Shown piece by piece: positions 1-14,200 of a stretch of DNA of 64,000 nucleotides; within the stretch, counting starts at the first letter, position 1, and the number at the start of each line of letters is the position of its first letter. This DNA is from Felis catus (taxonomy: Eukaryota), in the NCBI RefSeq assembly GCF_018350175.1, contig NC_058369.1, positions 20,152,001-20,216,000 of the forward strand, given 5' to 3'. Both the position numbers and the translations under genes were made by a program. Below the pieces are notes generated by a model. The model saw only the letters and a program-made list of their open reading frames with translations. It was not told the DNA's origin and made no database searches.

Positions 1-685
1 TACGTTCTTTTGCCTGGCACCTAAGGCCCTCTGTAATCAAACCCTTACCTGCCTGTCCCACTTCATTTCCTCTCTGCTTTAACCTGTGCCCTTGACTCTG
101 GCAAGCCAGGCTCCCATTGCTCCTTGTATTTGCCCAGGCTAAAATTGAGAATGATATTCTAGACCAAAGGCTGAAAACAAATGACTTATAGATAAAAATA
201 ATAGTATATGATAAGAGTTTATGATAAAAGGGATTTAATCATTATAAACCCTTATTATCAAGTAAAATAATAAAATTATTCTCTAAGTTCTCTGGTAGTC
301 ATTATATACATTCATTACCCAAAAGTCCTCAAAATACTAGAATCACTCTTTGAACTAGAAGAAATCTTAAAGAACCAACTAACTTCCCCCACCCCCTGTA
401 ATAGGGAGGGACCCTTGGGCTCAGGCAGAAGTTGTACCAAGGTCAGGTAATGGCAGAGCCAGGCCTAGAACCCACTGATGTTCTATGCTGTCCTGCCAAC
501 TATGGAGCATTTCTCCAAGACCAGTTTTCTGTGAGGTTTCTGCCATCTATCCATTTCCCTCATAGTTACATCTTATATGAGAGCAAGTTGTACTCAAGAT
601 GTTTACTCATAGGTCATAGATGCTAAGTTGACAGATGCCATTGTTAGTCTTTTAACTCTGCCAATGCCTTGTTCCCTTACTACAG

Positions 686-761
686 TATTATAGTCACTAC
701 TGTCCAGTACCTGTCTTCTGCACTGCACAAGAATTTTACAGAGACAGACTTCGACTTTAAG
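686..761 (+). CDS. DOCK3: DOCK3 window exon 1 ([25 protein letters not shown])
   Basis: tacag| acceptor, AAG|gtagga donor, 76 nt. Confidence 0.93.
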
Positions 762-2984
762 GTAGGAGCTCCTGAGATCCATTGCTATATTTGTAATAAC
801 AGTAGAAAGCCAAAAAACAAGCTCACTGTTTTTGTTCCTGTTTTTGTTTTGCTTAAAATTAACAACGATTTTATTTTACTCACAATTTTTCAGGTCAGGA
901 ATTTGAGATGGACTTAGCTAGGTGTCAGATGTGTGGCTGGGAGCTAGGGCAGGCTCACTGGGCTTTTGCTTTATTAATATGCTCATAGTATTGAACCACT
1001 TCCAAGTTTGATAATGACTAGGATATGACCCAAGAGTCTCCCTTTTGGAGGTACTGGGAACCAGACATCCAGGAGTAGGCTTTCTAGGCCAGAAACAACA
1101 CTATTGGTTTTAAGAGGAGTCAAGAAAAAAAAAGTTGTTTGCAAAGACATTTATACAGGAAAAAAACCAAAATCTTAAAATTGTAAAATGAATTCTGTGC
1201 TACATCCATATATTTAGAATCTCTCCTTGCAAGGTTAAGGACTTGGGCTGTCACAAGTTTTCTCTTTCTCTGTCTCTCTAGGTGTGGAATTCTTATTTTA
1301 GCCTGGCAGTTCTGTTCATAAATCAGCCAAGCCTTCAGCTAGAAATCATCACTTCAGCCAAGAGGAAGAAGATTATAGATAAGTAAGACATATGTTTCTT
1401 ATTCACCTCCCTACCACACATCCAGATAGGGTTATGTTTCCATGAGTGGTTCCTCAGAAGTCCACAAGGTTCTCACTGGGTAGCTTTCCAAAAAGCCAAT
1501 GTGAGAGTTCAGTTGACAGCCAAATGATGTAGTGCTGGGGGAAGCATTAGAGACAGTGCTGAAGTGCTAGCCTTATTGGGTTTATAGCCCCACCTTCCTG
1601 AACCTTCTCCCACTGAAAGCTGGATCCTGTGTTATTATTTCCAGGTATGGGGACATGCGTGTGATGATGGCTTATGAACTGTTCAGCATGTGGCAGAATT
1701 TGGGTAGGTCTTTTCTCCCTATTTTTCTCTTCCACATATTGCATAGCCAAATAAAAAGTGATAAGACTAGTAACTTCCCCCAGGTTTTATGGATGTTAAT
1801 TCAGACCAAAGTGACCTTTACATATCTTTAACATAACACCTCAGGTGGAAGTTGCCACACATGTACACGGAGCCTCTTAGAGGGAGAGTTAGGCTGAGAA
1901 GCAAGACCCCAGTAACACACATGCACGTTCCCTTTTTTGAGAACTAAAGTCCAAAGGAGAAGAGTATGAAGGCTCTAGGAGTTTTTTCCAGCTTAAGAAC
2001 TGATGCCAGTAAGATCTTCTGTACTCTTCATGTCCCAGTCCAAAAGTGGCAGACTCAGAAACATAGATCTTTTTTTTAATTAAGTTTTTAATTTTAATCC
2101 CAATATAGTTAACATACAGTGTTATATTAGTTACAGGTGTACAATATACCGATGCAGCATTTCTGTACATTACTCAGTGTTCATCATGGTAAGTGCACAG
2201 AAGTATAGATCTTGGAAATACTCAGCACATGAGCAAGGGCAGCTATTCATTTCCAGAAATATTGAAACATCTTTTGGGTCTCTGGTATTCAGGCCATGCA
2301 GATCAGGTTTCTGCCACCAGTTGCACGAAGATTGCATGCAAGAAGGGAATTGCAGCCCCTAGGTGAGATTGATTTTAGCTCCCTTTCCTTCAGCAGCTTC
2401 TCTAATACCCAGTGCTTTGGATCTGAAATTGTCAGATTGTTTGGTGGAATCCTTGTATTGCCCTGGTGTCTAGGAGAGCCATCCTTTGGTATTATAGGCT
2501 TCTGAGTGGCCTCTCAGGATACTAGAGAAGCTGTTACCCTGAAAAGCCATTACCCTTCCTAGCTCTTACTGTTTTCAACTGAGTTCATGCCTCTGAAGCC
2601 TTAGGAATGGTGGTCATAAAATCTTCCAGTCCTCCATTAACCATCTCAGTCACTAACCCTGAAGCAGCAAACAAGGTGGGAGGCATTCCTGCCAGTGAAG
2701 ATTAGGGCTTCCTTCTGTGAGTGGGGATACATTTCACCAAGCAGGCTTTCCAGTTCAGTACTCTTACACCCTGCATCCAGCATAGTCTGGGTATAGGTCT
2801 TAACCCTGAAGTTGACTCTGAAATTCCCAGGAACACAAGGTACTAATAAACTGTACCAAATACCAAGATTGGGATATGTACAATCAGCCTCAAGGCTAAT
2901 ATTGGCCCCTTAGATAGGCTTTCACAATAGAAGAAACCAAAAAAGATGCCAAATTTGCCTGATAAAGCTATTCTTGCCTCTATC

Positions 2985-3080
<96 letters not shown>

Positions 3081-6000
3081 ATGTAAATGGCATTTTCTGG
3101 TCCTCAAGAACGGGTTTTACTTGGCTATAGCAATCATTACACTGGTCCACAGTTTGTCTCCTTTATAGACTCTGGAGGACTGAAAGTAAAGCTCTGGAAA
3201 ATGGTTCACTCTGTTCCACCATTGCAAGAAAGAGAAAAGTTCTGTCCCACAGTCCTCAGGACTGGCCCTGGCTTCTGCGAACATGCCCCAGATTGCAGGC
3301 CAGTCAAGGAAGTCTGCATCACCCACTTCCCATGGAAAGAATGTTGGGGGATGAGCTGGTCTAGTCTGTATAGATGCAGTGCTACCATCAGAGTGCAATG
3401 CGAAGACAAGGGACAGACATGGGGAGGAGCACAGACAGAGTCCCTGAGCCATTCTGTCCAAGTAGGGCTGTGCAAGAGGCTCCTGCTAACTCAGGAGGAA
3501 GCCTTTTGGGCAGACATGAGCACAGACTTTGAAGAGGCCCATGAACTTCAGGCCTCTGGTGGCTGGACCAGGGACTATGAAAATCTCATCACTTACTTAT
3601 TTTTATTTTTTATATTAAATGTAATTTATTGTAAAGTTGGTTTCCATGCAACACTCAGTGCTCATCCCAACAGGTGCCCTCCTCAATGCCTATCACCCAC
3701 TTTCCCCTCTCACCCACCCCCCATCAACCCTCAGTTTGTTCTCAGTATTTAAGAATCTCTTAAATGCCTTTGGGCTAGAGGTAGAGACCCCAGGGATAGT
3801 GCATTGTGTTTAAGCAGAAATGGATAAATATTCCTTGCTAAATAAATGCTGAACAATATGAAACTGTCATAGGTTACTCAGAAATCCTGTTCTGTCTAAA
3901 GTAGTGAACTCTGTTCCTTGACCTTGGAATGATTTTTGGGTAGTTTCCCCCATAAATTCTTTGGAAAGGCAATTTATGCCTGTTGAACATTTGTTTTAGC
4001 TGGGATGGGCCAGTTTTATCTATGAATTCTAAAAAGCCAAGGAAAAGAGTATCTCATAGAGCCATAGGGGAGAGCTTGCTTTCCTCTCAATGTTTCCAGG
4101 GCAGATGAAAGTATCTGCTATGGCCACACTTGGGAAGCTTCTATAGAAGGAGCAAAGAAAGCATAAACTAATATGTATTGGGTTTTGTTGTTCAGGTGAA
4201 CATAAGATCCACTTTATTCCGGGAATGATTGGTCCTTTTCTGGGTGTGACACTGGTCCCACAGCCAGAAGTACGGAACATCATGATTCCCATCTTTCATG
4301 ACATGATGGACTGGGAGCAGAGGAAAAATGGCAACTTTAAACAGGTAAGATGACACCTTCTCTCCTCTGGATGGACCCCTTCTGCCCAGGCAGGTGATCC
4401 AGATGGCCAGACTATGGTTCTAGTGGGAATGGCTACAGCCCATCTTGGCTTGCCCATCTTGAATCCTGTTCAAGGGTTTTCCCTTAATTGCTGACCAGAA
4501 TTGATTTGTGGATTTTCTTCACGAAGCTAGAGGTCAGAAAAGAATAATACGAAAGGAATGAACATGATATAAAGAAATTTTCTGTTCAAGGAGAGAGTGA
4601 CTGAGACTGTGATCAAGTTTCATTCAGGAGAGGCCCTGGGAGCATAGTACCCTTCCTCTCTGGTGCATGGTCCAGGCGTTTCTAGGGCTAGAGCCAAGAT
4701 CAGATGACGTCTCATGGCTCATAGCCCAGAATTTCATAGACTCCTGCACAGAGGGGTGGGTCCAGAAGGTATAAGCCCTTAGCTTCTGACTAAGTCACTT
4801 CAGACTGTTCCTCTGTGCATACCTTCTGCCACCTCTAAGGCAGAGGAGATGGCCCCTGCCTTTTTATGTGTAGCTCCAAGGAATAGGACTAGGACTAGGA
4901 CCAATAGTGGTCAGTGAAGCTGATTTTAGCTAATAAAAGAAGTAACTTGCTAGCAACAGGAACTGTCCAGTGTAAGCTAGCCTGCTTTGGGAGATGGGGA
5001 GTTCTTTGCTGGTGATTCTCAAGCAGAAGCTCCCAGGAGACCTCTAGAAGAAATTTATGTATTGGATTGGAGACTGTACCAGTTTCCCAGTAAGCTCCCT
5101 CCTAACCCTGTGACTCTGAGATAACCAGTGGTCTTGTAGTGAGTAGTTGTAACAGTAAGGAACAGACCAGACAGACAATAATTTTTAAATTCTTATTTGT
5201 TTATTTGTTTGTTTTTAAGTTTACAAAGAGCAAACTTCATTCTTTGTGATTTGAAGTTCTGTAAATTTTGATAAACACATAGTCATGTAACCACCACCAC
5301 AATCAAGATTTTTGAAATTCCTAAGAATTCCATCATGCTACCATTTTGTAGTCAAACCTTCCCCCTACCTTTAACCTATGACAGTCTGTTCTCCATCACT
5401 GTAGGTATGCCTTTTCCAGAATGTCATTTGAATGAAATAATGTAGATGTAGCCTTTTGAGTCTGACTTCTTTCACTCAGCATAATGCCATCCGGAGGTTC
5501 ATCCATGTTGTTGCACTTACCAATTTTTCTGTTGCTGAGTAGTATTCCATTGCAGTTATTCACTATTTGAAAGACATTTGCACTATTTCCACTTTTTGTT
5601 GGTTATGAATAAAGCTATTAAAAAATATTTCTTTACAGGTTTTTGTATGAATATAAACTTTCATTTTTCTTAGGTAAATTTCTAGGAATAGGATTGTTGG
5701 CTATTGTAAATGTATGTTTAACTTTATAAGATGCTATCAAATTTTATTCCCAAATGGCTATGCCATTTTTTCTTTTTTTTAATATAATTTATTGTCAAAT
5801 TGGCTTACATACAACACCCAGTGCTCATCCCAACAGGTGCCCTCCTTCCTGCCCATCACCCACTTTCCCCTCCTCCACTGCCCATCTACCCTCAGTTTGT
5901 TCTCAGTCCTTAAGAGTCTCTTATGGTTTGCCTCCCTCCCTCTCTGTAACTTTTTTTTCCCCTTCTCTTCGCCCATAGTCTTCTGTTAAGTTTCTCAAGA

Positions 6001-8193
6001 TCCACATATGAGTGAATACATATATCTGTCTTTCTCTGATGGACTTATTTCACTTAGCATAATACCTTCCAGTTCCATCCACATTGCTGCAAATTTGAAA
6101 TTCCAGCAGCATTGTATGAGAGTTTTAGTTGATCCATATGCTCATCAGAATTTGATATCATCTCTTTGTGTGTGTGTTTTAGCCATTCTAATAGATACAT
6201 AGTTGTATATCTTGGTGGTTTTAATTTCCATTTCTTTAATGATTAATGATGTTGAGCATCTTTTAATGTGTTTCTGTCTTTATATCTTCTTTGGTGAAAT
6301 GGTTATTCAAAACTTGTATTCATTTTAATTGGGTTATTTGTTTTCCTATTGTTGAGTTTGAGGGTTCTTTATGTATTCTAGATGTAAGTCTTTTGTTGAA
6401 TATATGATTTACAAATATTTCCTCCCAGTCTTTAGCTTGGCTTCCCACTTACAATAGTGTCTTTCACAGAATGAAAATTTTTAACTCTTATGCAATCCAT
6501 TTTATCAATGGTTTTCTTCTATAGATCATGCTTTTGAGATCATATCTGAGAAATCTTTGCCCAGGACCATGAAATTTTTTCTCCTGTGTTTCTTCTAGAG
6601 GTTTTATAATTTTATATTTAGATCTATTACCTATTTTGAGGTAGCCTTTGTGTAAGATGTGAAGTATGGGTCAAGACTTTTTTTTCCTTTTCACACATGG
6701 AGGTCCAACACCTTTGTTAAGAGAAAAACTATTCTTTGTCAAAAATCAGTTCACTGTATGTGTACAGTTCTCTCCACATGTACATAGTATACAGCTCTCC
6801 AGTCTTTCCATTGATCTATGTCTTACCTTTCACCATTCCCACACAGTCTTGATTATGGTAGCTTCATAGTCTTAAAATCAAGCGGTGTGAATCCTCCAAA
6901 TTTTTTTTTCAGTATTGTCTTAGCTATTCCAGTTCCTTCTCTTGTAAGTCTCAGAATTAGCATGTCAATATCTGCAGAAATTACTGCTGAGATTTTGGTT
7001 GAGATTGCATTATAATCTGTAGATCAAATTGGAAAGAATTGATATCTTAGTAATACTTAATCATACTTCTAGTCCATTAAAGCAATATATCTCTCCATTT
7101 TTAGGTATTCTTTTATTTTTTCATTAATGTTTTATAGTTTCAGCACACAGATTTGTACATGTTGTTAGATTTATATATTAAGTATTTCCTGGTTTTTGGT
7201 GCTATTATAAATTATTCTGATTTTTAAATTTTACTTTTGTTGCTAGTACATAGAAATACAGTTGTTTTGTATATCAATATTATATCCTGCACCCTTGCTA
7301 AACTTACTTATTAGCTGTAGAAGGTTTTGGAGATTCCTTGGGATTTTCTATTTAGTTAATCCTATCACTTTCATTTTTTTTATGAAATTTATTGTCAAAT
7401 TGGCTTCCATACAATACCCAGTGCTCTAATCCTATCACTTTCAAACAGAGACAGTTTTATTTCTTCCTTTCTAATCTGTATGCCCCCCCCTTTTTTTTTC
7501 TTATACCTCATTGCACTGGCTAGGACCTCTGGTCTGGTGTTAAATAAGAGTGATGAGAGTGGACATCCTTGCTTTGCTCTTAATCTTCAGGGAAAGTATT
7601 TGGTGTTTCACAATTAAGTATGATGCTAGCTAGTTGTAGGTTTTTTATAAATGTTCTTTATCATGGGTAAATAGTATTTAACATAAGAATCCATTTTTGG
7701 AGTGTGCAACTCTAATGCCTTTATTTCTTCAGAAAATAATAACTTCAAACAGAAAAGAACTTAATTTTCTTTTTTTTTTCACAACCTTCTAAATTATGCA
7801 AAATGCACAACTGCCTGATGAGAGAACCTAGTTATGGAGAAGCAGATGACATTGCAGAACTGCACCATGGGTCACTGAGTTTGTTAAAAGAGGGTCTAGG
7901 CTGTATTCCACCATTACGACTAGTGAATAAAGAAGGATAACCTTGTGGAAGACTAAGTTGGAACTCATTTCTCACACTTTAAGACTCAGCTGTTAAGCTG
8001 TGTTCTTTCCCTCATTAAGGCTATCGTGGGGTTCCTGGACAGCTCAGTCAGTTAAGTATCTGACTCTTGATTTCAGCTCAGGTGATGATCTCACAGTTTG
8101 TGGAATTGAACCCCGTGTTGGGCTTCACGCTGGCAGCACGGAACCTGGAATTCTCTCTCACCCTCTCTCTGCCCCTCCCCTGCTTGCACACGT

Positions 8194-8236
<43 letters not shown>

Positions 8237-11200
8237 ATAAATAAACTTAAAAAAAAGACTATCATGAAAAATTGATATCAAGCAAGCCATGTAAACCTTG
8301 TTGACTCTGGTAAGCAAAATCTTGCTGCTGCTTCCATTTGCCACCAAATATTTTTAAAAAGTGGTCTACTTGTGGCTTTCCAGTTTTCCAAGCACCATTT
8401 GTTAAAGAGACTGTCTTTTTTCCATTGGATATGCATGGGGCATTTGTACCCCAATGTTTATAGCAGCACTTTCAACAATAGCCAAATTATGGAAAGAGCC
8501 TAAATGTCCATCAACTGATGAACGGATAAAGAAATTGTAGTTTATATACACAATGGAGTACTACGTGGCAATGAGAAAGAATGAAATATGGCCTTTTGTA
8601 GCAATGTGGATGGAACTGGGGAGTGTTATGCTAAGTGAAATAAGTCATACAGAGAAAGACACCATATGTTTTCACTCCTATGTGGATCCTGAGAAACTTA
8701 ACAGAAGACCATGGGGGAGGGGAAGGAAAAAGAAAAAAAAAAAAGGTTAGAGAGGGAGGGAGCCAAAACATAAGAGACTGTTAAAAACAAGAAACTGAGG
8801 GTTGATGGGGGGTGGGAGGGAGGAGAAGGTGGGTGAGGGGTGCTGAGGAGGGCACCTGTTGGGATGAGCACTGGGTGTTGTATGGAAACCAATTTGACAA
8901 TAAAGATCATATTTAAAAAAAAAAGTGGTCTACTCTTTTCATCCCCACATTTCCATTTCCTACCCTCCTATCCATCCAGTCTAATATGTATTGTATACCC
9001 ACTTCTGTTGAAGTTGCTCTCTGCAAGAACACCCATAACTTTGTGGCACCTGGGTGGCTCGGTCAGTTAAGTGTTCCATTCTTGATTTCGGCTCAGGTCA
9101 TTACTTCACAGTTCGTGAATTCGAGCCCCATGTCGGACTCTGCACTGACAGTGTGGAGCCTGCTTGGGATTCTCTCTGTCTCTCTGTCTCTGTCTCTGTC
9201 CCTCTCTCCCTCTCTCTCTTCCCCTCCCCTGCTCTCTCTCACTCTCAAAATAAGTAAATAAACATTTTTTTAAATGTTAAGAAAAAAAATACGACCCATA
9301 ACCAAATTACCAAAATTTTTGTCTTGATTACAGTTGTGCTTTCCACGGCTTTGGCTCTGTTAACTACTCCCCTACTTCTTCCCACCTACTAAAAATATTT
9401 CTTCTAATTATAAAAACAATAGGTATTTAATGTAGAAAAATTAAAATGCAAATAAGATCTAATGAAAAAATTTAATCCATAATCCTACTATTTTAGTAAC
9501 TTGTGGGGGAGACAGAGTATGTCTTTTTAGACTGTTTTTTCCCCATACATAGAGGTTTTTAAGTTAAAAAATGGAATCATTGTGTATATTGGGGTTCAGG
9601 GGCTATTGTATGTATTGACTTTTTAATCTCCCCTTTTTAGTAACATGTTTTCATCACCATCTCTTCGTGTCAGTTCATGCTCCTCTGTCCTGCCCTTATT
9701 TTAGAGGCTACACAGTAGTCCATTGCATGGCCTACACCACAATGTATTTAGTCAGCTCCTAGTTTTAGACACGTAAGTTCATTCCAAATTGTTGTTGTTA
9801 ATATTGCAAAACACATATCCATTCCTAATTATTCTCTGAGATAAACTTCTCAACTGTAATTCCTGGGTCAAAGAGCCTTCCTTAATTAGGTTCTTTTTTT
9901 TAATATGAAATTTATTGTCAAATTCGTTTCCATACAATACCCAGTGCTCATCCCAACAGGTGCCCTCCTCAGCACCCCTCACCCACCCTCCCCTACCTCC
10001 CACCCCCCATCAACCCTCAGTTTGTTCTCAGTTTTTAAGAGTCTCTTATGCTTTGGCTCTCTCCCACTCTAACCTCTTTTTTTTCCTTCCCGTCCCCCAT
10101 GGGTTTCTGTTAAGTTTCTCAGGATCTACATAAGAGTGAAAACATATGGTATCTGTCTTTCTCTGTATGGCTTATTTCACTTAGCATCACACTCTCCAGT
10201 TCCATCCACGTTGCTACAAAGGGCCATATTTCGTTCTTTCTCATTGCCATGTAGTACTCCATTGTGTATATAAACCACAATTTCTTTATCTATTCATCAG
10301 TTGATGGACATTTAGGCTCTTTCCATAATTTGGCTATTGTTGAGAGTGCTGCTATAAACATTGGGGTCCAAGTACCCCTATGCATCAGCACTCCTGTATC
10401 CCTTGGGTAAATTCCTAGCAGTGCTATCGCTGGGTCATAGGGTAGGTCTATTTTTAATTTTCTGAGGAACCTCCACACTGCTTTCCAGAGCGGCTGCACC
10501 AATTTGCATTCCCACCAACAGTGCAAGAGGGTTCCCGTTTCTCCACATCCTCTCCAGCATCTATAGTCTCCTGATTTGTTCATTTTGGCCACTCTGACTG
10601 GCGTGAGGGGATATCTGAGTGTGGTTTTGATTTGTATTTCCCTGATGAGGAACGACGTTGAGCATCTTTTCATGTGCCTGTTGGCCATCCGGATGTCTTC
10701 TTTAGAGAAGTGTCTATTCATGTTTTCTGCCCATTTCTTCACTGGGTTTTTTGTTTCTCGGGTGTGGAGTTTGGTGAGCTCTTTATAGATTTTGGATACT
10801 AGCCCTTTGTCCGATATGTCGTTTGCAAATATCTTTTCCCATTCCATTGGTTGTCTTTTAGTTTTGTTGGTTGTTTCCTTTGCTATGCAGAAGCTTTTAT
10901 CTTCATAAGGTCCCAGTAGTTCATTTTTGCTTTTAATTTCCTTGCCTTTGGGGATGTGTCAAGTAAGAGATTGCTACGGCTGAGGCAGAGAGGTCTTTTC
11001 CTGCTTTCTCCTCTAGGGTTTTGATGGTTTCCTGTCTCACATTCAGGTCCTTTATCCATTTTGAGTTTATTTTTGTGAATGGTGTAAGAAAGTGGTCTAG
11101 TTTCAACCTTCTGCATGTTGCTGTCCAGTTCTCCCAGCACCATTTGTTAAAGAGACTGTCTTTTTTCCATTGGATATTCTTTCCTGCTTTGTCAAAGATG

Positions 11201-14200
11201 AGTTGGCCATACATTTGTGGGTCTACTTCTGGGGTTTCTATTCTATTCCATTGGTCTATATGTCTGTTTTTGTGTCAATACCATGCTGTCTTGATGATTA
11301 CAGCTTTGTAGTAGAGGCTAAAGTCTGGGATTTTGATGCCTACTGCTTTGGTCTTCTTCTTCAAAATTACTTTGGCTATTCAGGGCCTTTGGTGGTTCCA
11401 TATGAATTTTAGGATTGCTTGTTCTAGCTTCGAGAAGAATGCTCGTGCAATTTTGATTGGGATTGCATTGAATGTATAGATAGCTTTGGGTAGTATTGAC
11501 ATTTTGACAATATTTAGTCTTCCAATCCATGAGCATGGAATGTTTTTCCATTTCTTTATATCTTCTTCCATTTCCTTCATAAGCTTTCTATAGTTTCCAG
11601 CAGACAGATCTTTTACATCTTTGGTTAGGTTTATTCCTAGGTATTTTATGCTTCTTGGTGCAATTGTGAATGGGATTAATTTCTTTATTTGTCTTTCTGT
11701 TGCTTCATTATTAGTGTATAAGAATGCAACTGATTTCTGTACATTGATTTTGTATCCTGCGACTTTGCTGAACTCATATATCAGTTCTAGCAGACTTCTG
11801 GTGGAGTCTATCGGGTTTTCCATGTATAATATCATTTCATCTGCAAAAAGTGAAAGCTTGACTTCATCTTTGCCAATTTTGATGCCTTTGATTTCCTTTT
11901 ATTGTCTAATTGCTGATGCTAGCACTTCCAACACTATGTTAAACAACAGCGGTGAGAGTGGACTTCCCTGTCATGTTCCTGATCTCAGGGGAAAGCTCTC
12001 AGTTTTTCCCCATTGAGGGTGATATTAGCTGTGGGCTTTTCATAAATGGCTTTTATGATGTTTAAGTATGTTCCTTCTATCCCGAATTCTTGAGGGTTTT
12101 TATTAAGAAAGGATGCTGATATTTGTCAAATGCTTTTTCTGCATCAATTGCCAGGATCATACGGTTCTTATCCTTTCTTTTATTAATGTGATGTATCACA
12201 TTGATTGATTTGCGAATGTTGAACCAGCCCTGCAGCCCAGGAATGAATCCCACTTGATCATGGTGTATAATTCTTTTTATATGCTGTTGAATTCGACTTG
12301 CTAGTATCTTATTGAGAGTTTTTGCATCCATATTCATCAGGGATATTGGCCTGCAGTTCTCTTTTTTTGCTGGGTCTCTGGTTTAGGAATCAAAGTAATG
12401 CTGGCTTCATAGAATGAGTCTGGAAGTTTTCCTTCCCTTTCTATTTTTTGGAATAGCTTGAAAAGGATAGGTATTATCTCTGCTTTAAATGTCTGGTAGA
12501 AAGAATGAAATATGGCCCTTTGTAGCAACATGGATGGAACTGGAAAGTGTTATGCTAAGTGAAATGAGCCATACAGACAAAGACAGATACCATATGGTTT
12601 CACTCTTATGTGGATCCTGAGAAACTTAACAGGAACCCATGGGGGAGGGGAAGGGGAAAAAAAAGAGGTTAGAGTGGAAGAGAGCCAAAGCATAAGGGAC
12701 TCTTAAAAACAGAACAAATTGAGGGTTGATGGGGAGTGGAAGGGAGGGGAGGGTGGTTGATGGGTATTGAGGAGAACACCTTTTGGGATGAGCACTGGGT
12801 GTTGTATGGAAACCAATTTGACAATAAATTTCGTATATTGAAAAAAAAATTAAAAATAAATGTCTGGTAGAATTCCCCAGGGAAGCCATCTGGTCCTGGA
12901 CTCTTATTTGTTGGGAGATTTTTGATAACTTATTCCATTTCTTCACTGGTTATGGGTCTGTTCAAGTTTTCTATTTCTTCCTGTTTGAGTTTTGGAAGAG
13001 TGTGGGTGCTTAGGAATTTGTCCATTTCTTCCAGGTTGTCCAGTTTGTTGGCATGTAATTTTTCTTAGTATTCCCTGATAATTGCTTGTATCTCTGAGGG
13101 ATTGGTCGTAATAATGCCATTTTCATTCATGATTTTATCCTTTTGGGTCCTCTCCCTTTTCTTTTTGAGAAGCCTGGCTAGAGGTTTATCAATTTTGTTT
13201 ATTTTTTCAAAAAAACCAACTCTTGGTTTCGTTGATCTGCTCTACAGTTTTTTTAGATTCTATATTATTTCTGCTCTGACCTTTATTATTTCTCTTCTTC
13301 TGCTGGGTTTGGGGTGTCTTCTTCTGCTGGGTTTGTGCTGTTCTTCTATTTCCTTTAGGTGTGCTGTTAGATTTTGTATTTGGGATTTTTCTTGTTTCTT
13401 GAGATAGGCCTGGATTGCAATGTATTTTCCTCTCAGGACTGCCTTTGCTGCATCCCAAAGCATTTGGATTGTTGTATTTTCATTTTCATTTGTTTCCATA
13501 TATTTTTAAATTTCTTCTCTAATTGCCTGGTTGACCCATTCATTCTTTAGTAAGGTGTTCTTTAACCTCTGTGCTTTTGGAGGTTTTCCAGACTTTTTCC
13601 CGTGGTTGATTTCAAGCTTCATAGCATTGTGGTCTGAAACTATGCATGGTATGATCTCAATTCTTGTATACTTATGAAGGGCTGATTTGTGACCCAGTAT
13701 GTGATCTATCTTGGAGAATGTTGCATGTGCACTGGAGAAGAAAGTATATTCTGTTGCTTTGGGATGCAGAGTTCTAAATATATCTGTCAAGTCCATCTGA
13801 TCCAGTGTATCATTGTTTCTTTATTTGTTTCTTTATTGATCCTGTGTCTAGATGATCTATCCATTGTTGTAGGTGGAGTATTAAAGTCCCCTGCAGTTAC
13901 CAGATTCTTATCAATAAGGTTGCTTATGTTTGGGATTGTTTTATATATTTGGGGGCTCCCATAATTGGCACATAGACATTTATAATTGTTAGCTCTTCCT
14001 GATGGATAGACCCTGTGATTATTATATAATGCCCTTCTTCATCTCTTGTTACAGCCTTTAATTTAAAGTCTAGTTTGTCTGATATAAGTATGGCTACTTC
14101 AGCTTTCCTTTGACTTCCAGTAGCATGATAGATAGTTCTCCATCCCCTCACTTTCAATCTGAAGGTGTCCTCAGGTCTAAAATGAGTCTCTTGTAGACAG

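Noticed and set aside
3087..3752. 221-aa intronic ORF
   Set aside because: No recognisable protein; 3' end runs into an antisense L1 fragment; no supporting splice or promoter signals
8028..8110. tRNA-like A/B-box sequences in SINE heads
   Set aside because: CAN-SINEs are tRNA-derived; no complete cloverleaf, so not tRNA genes
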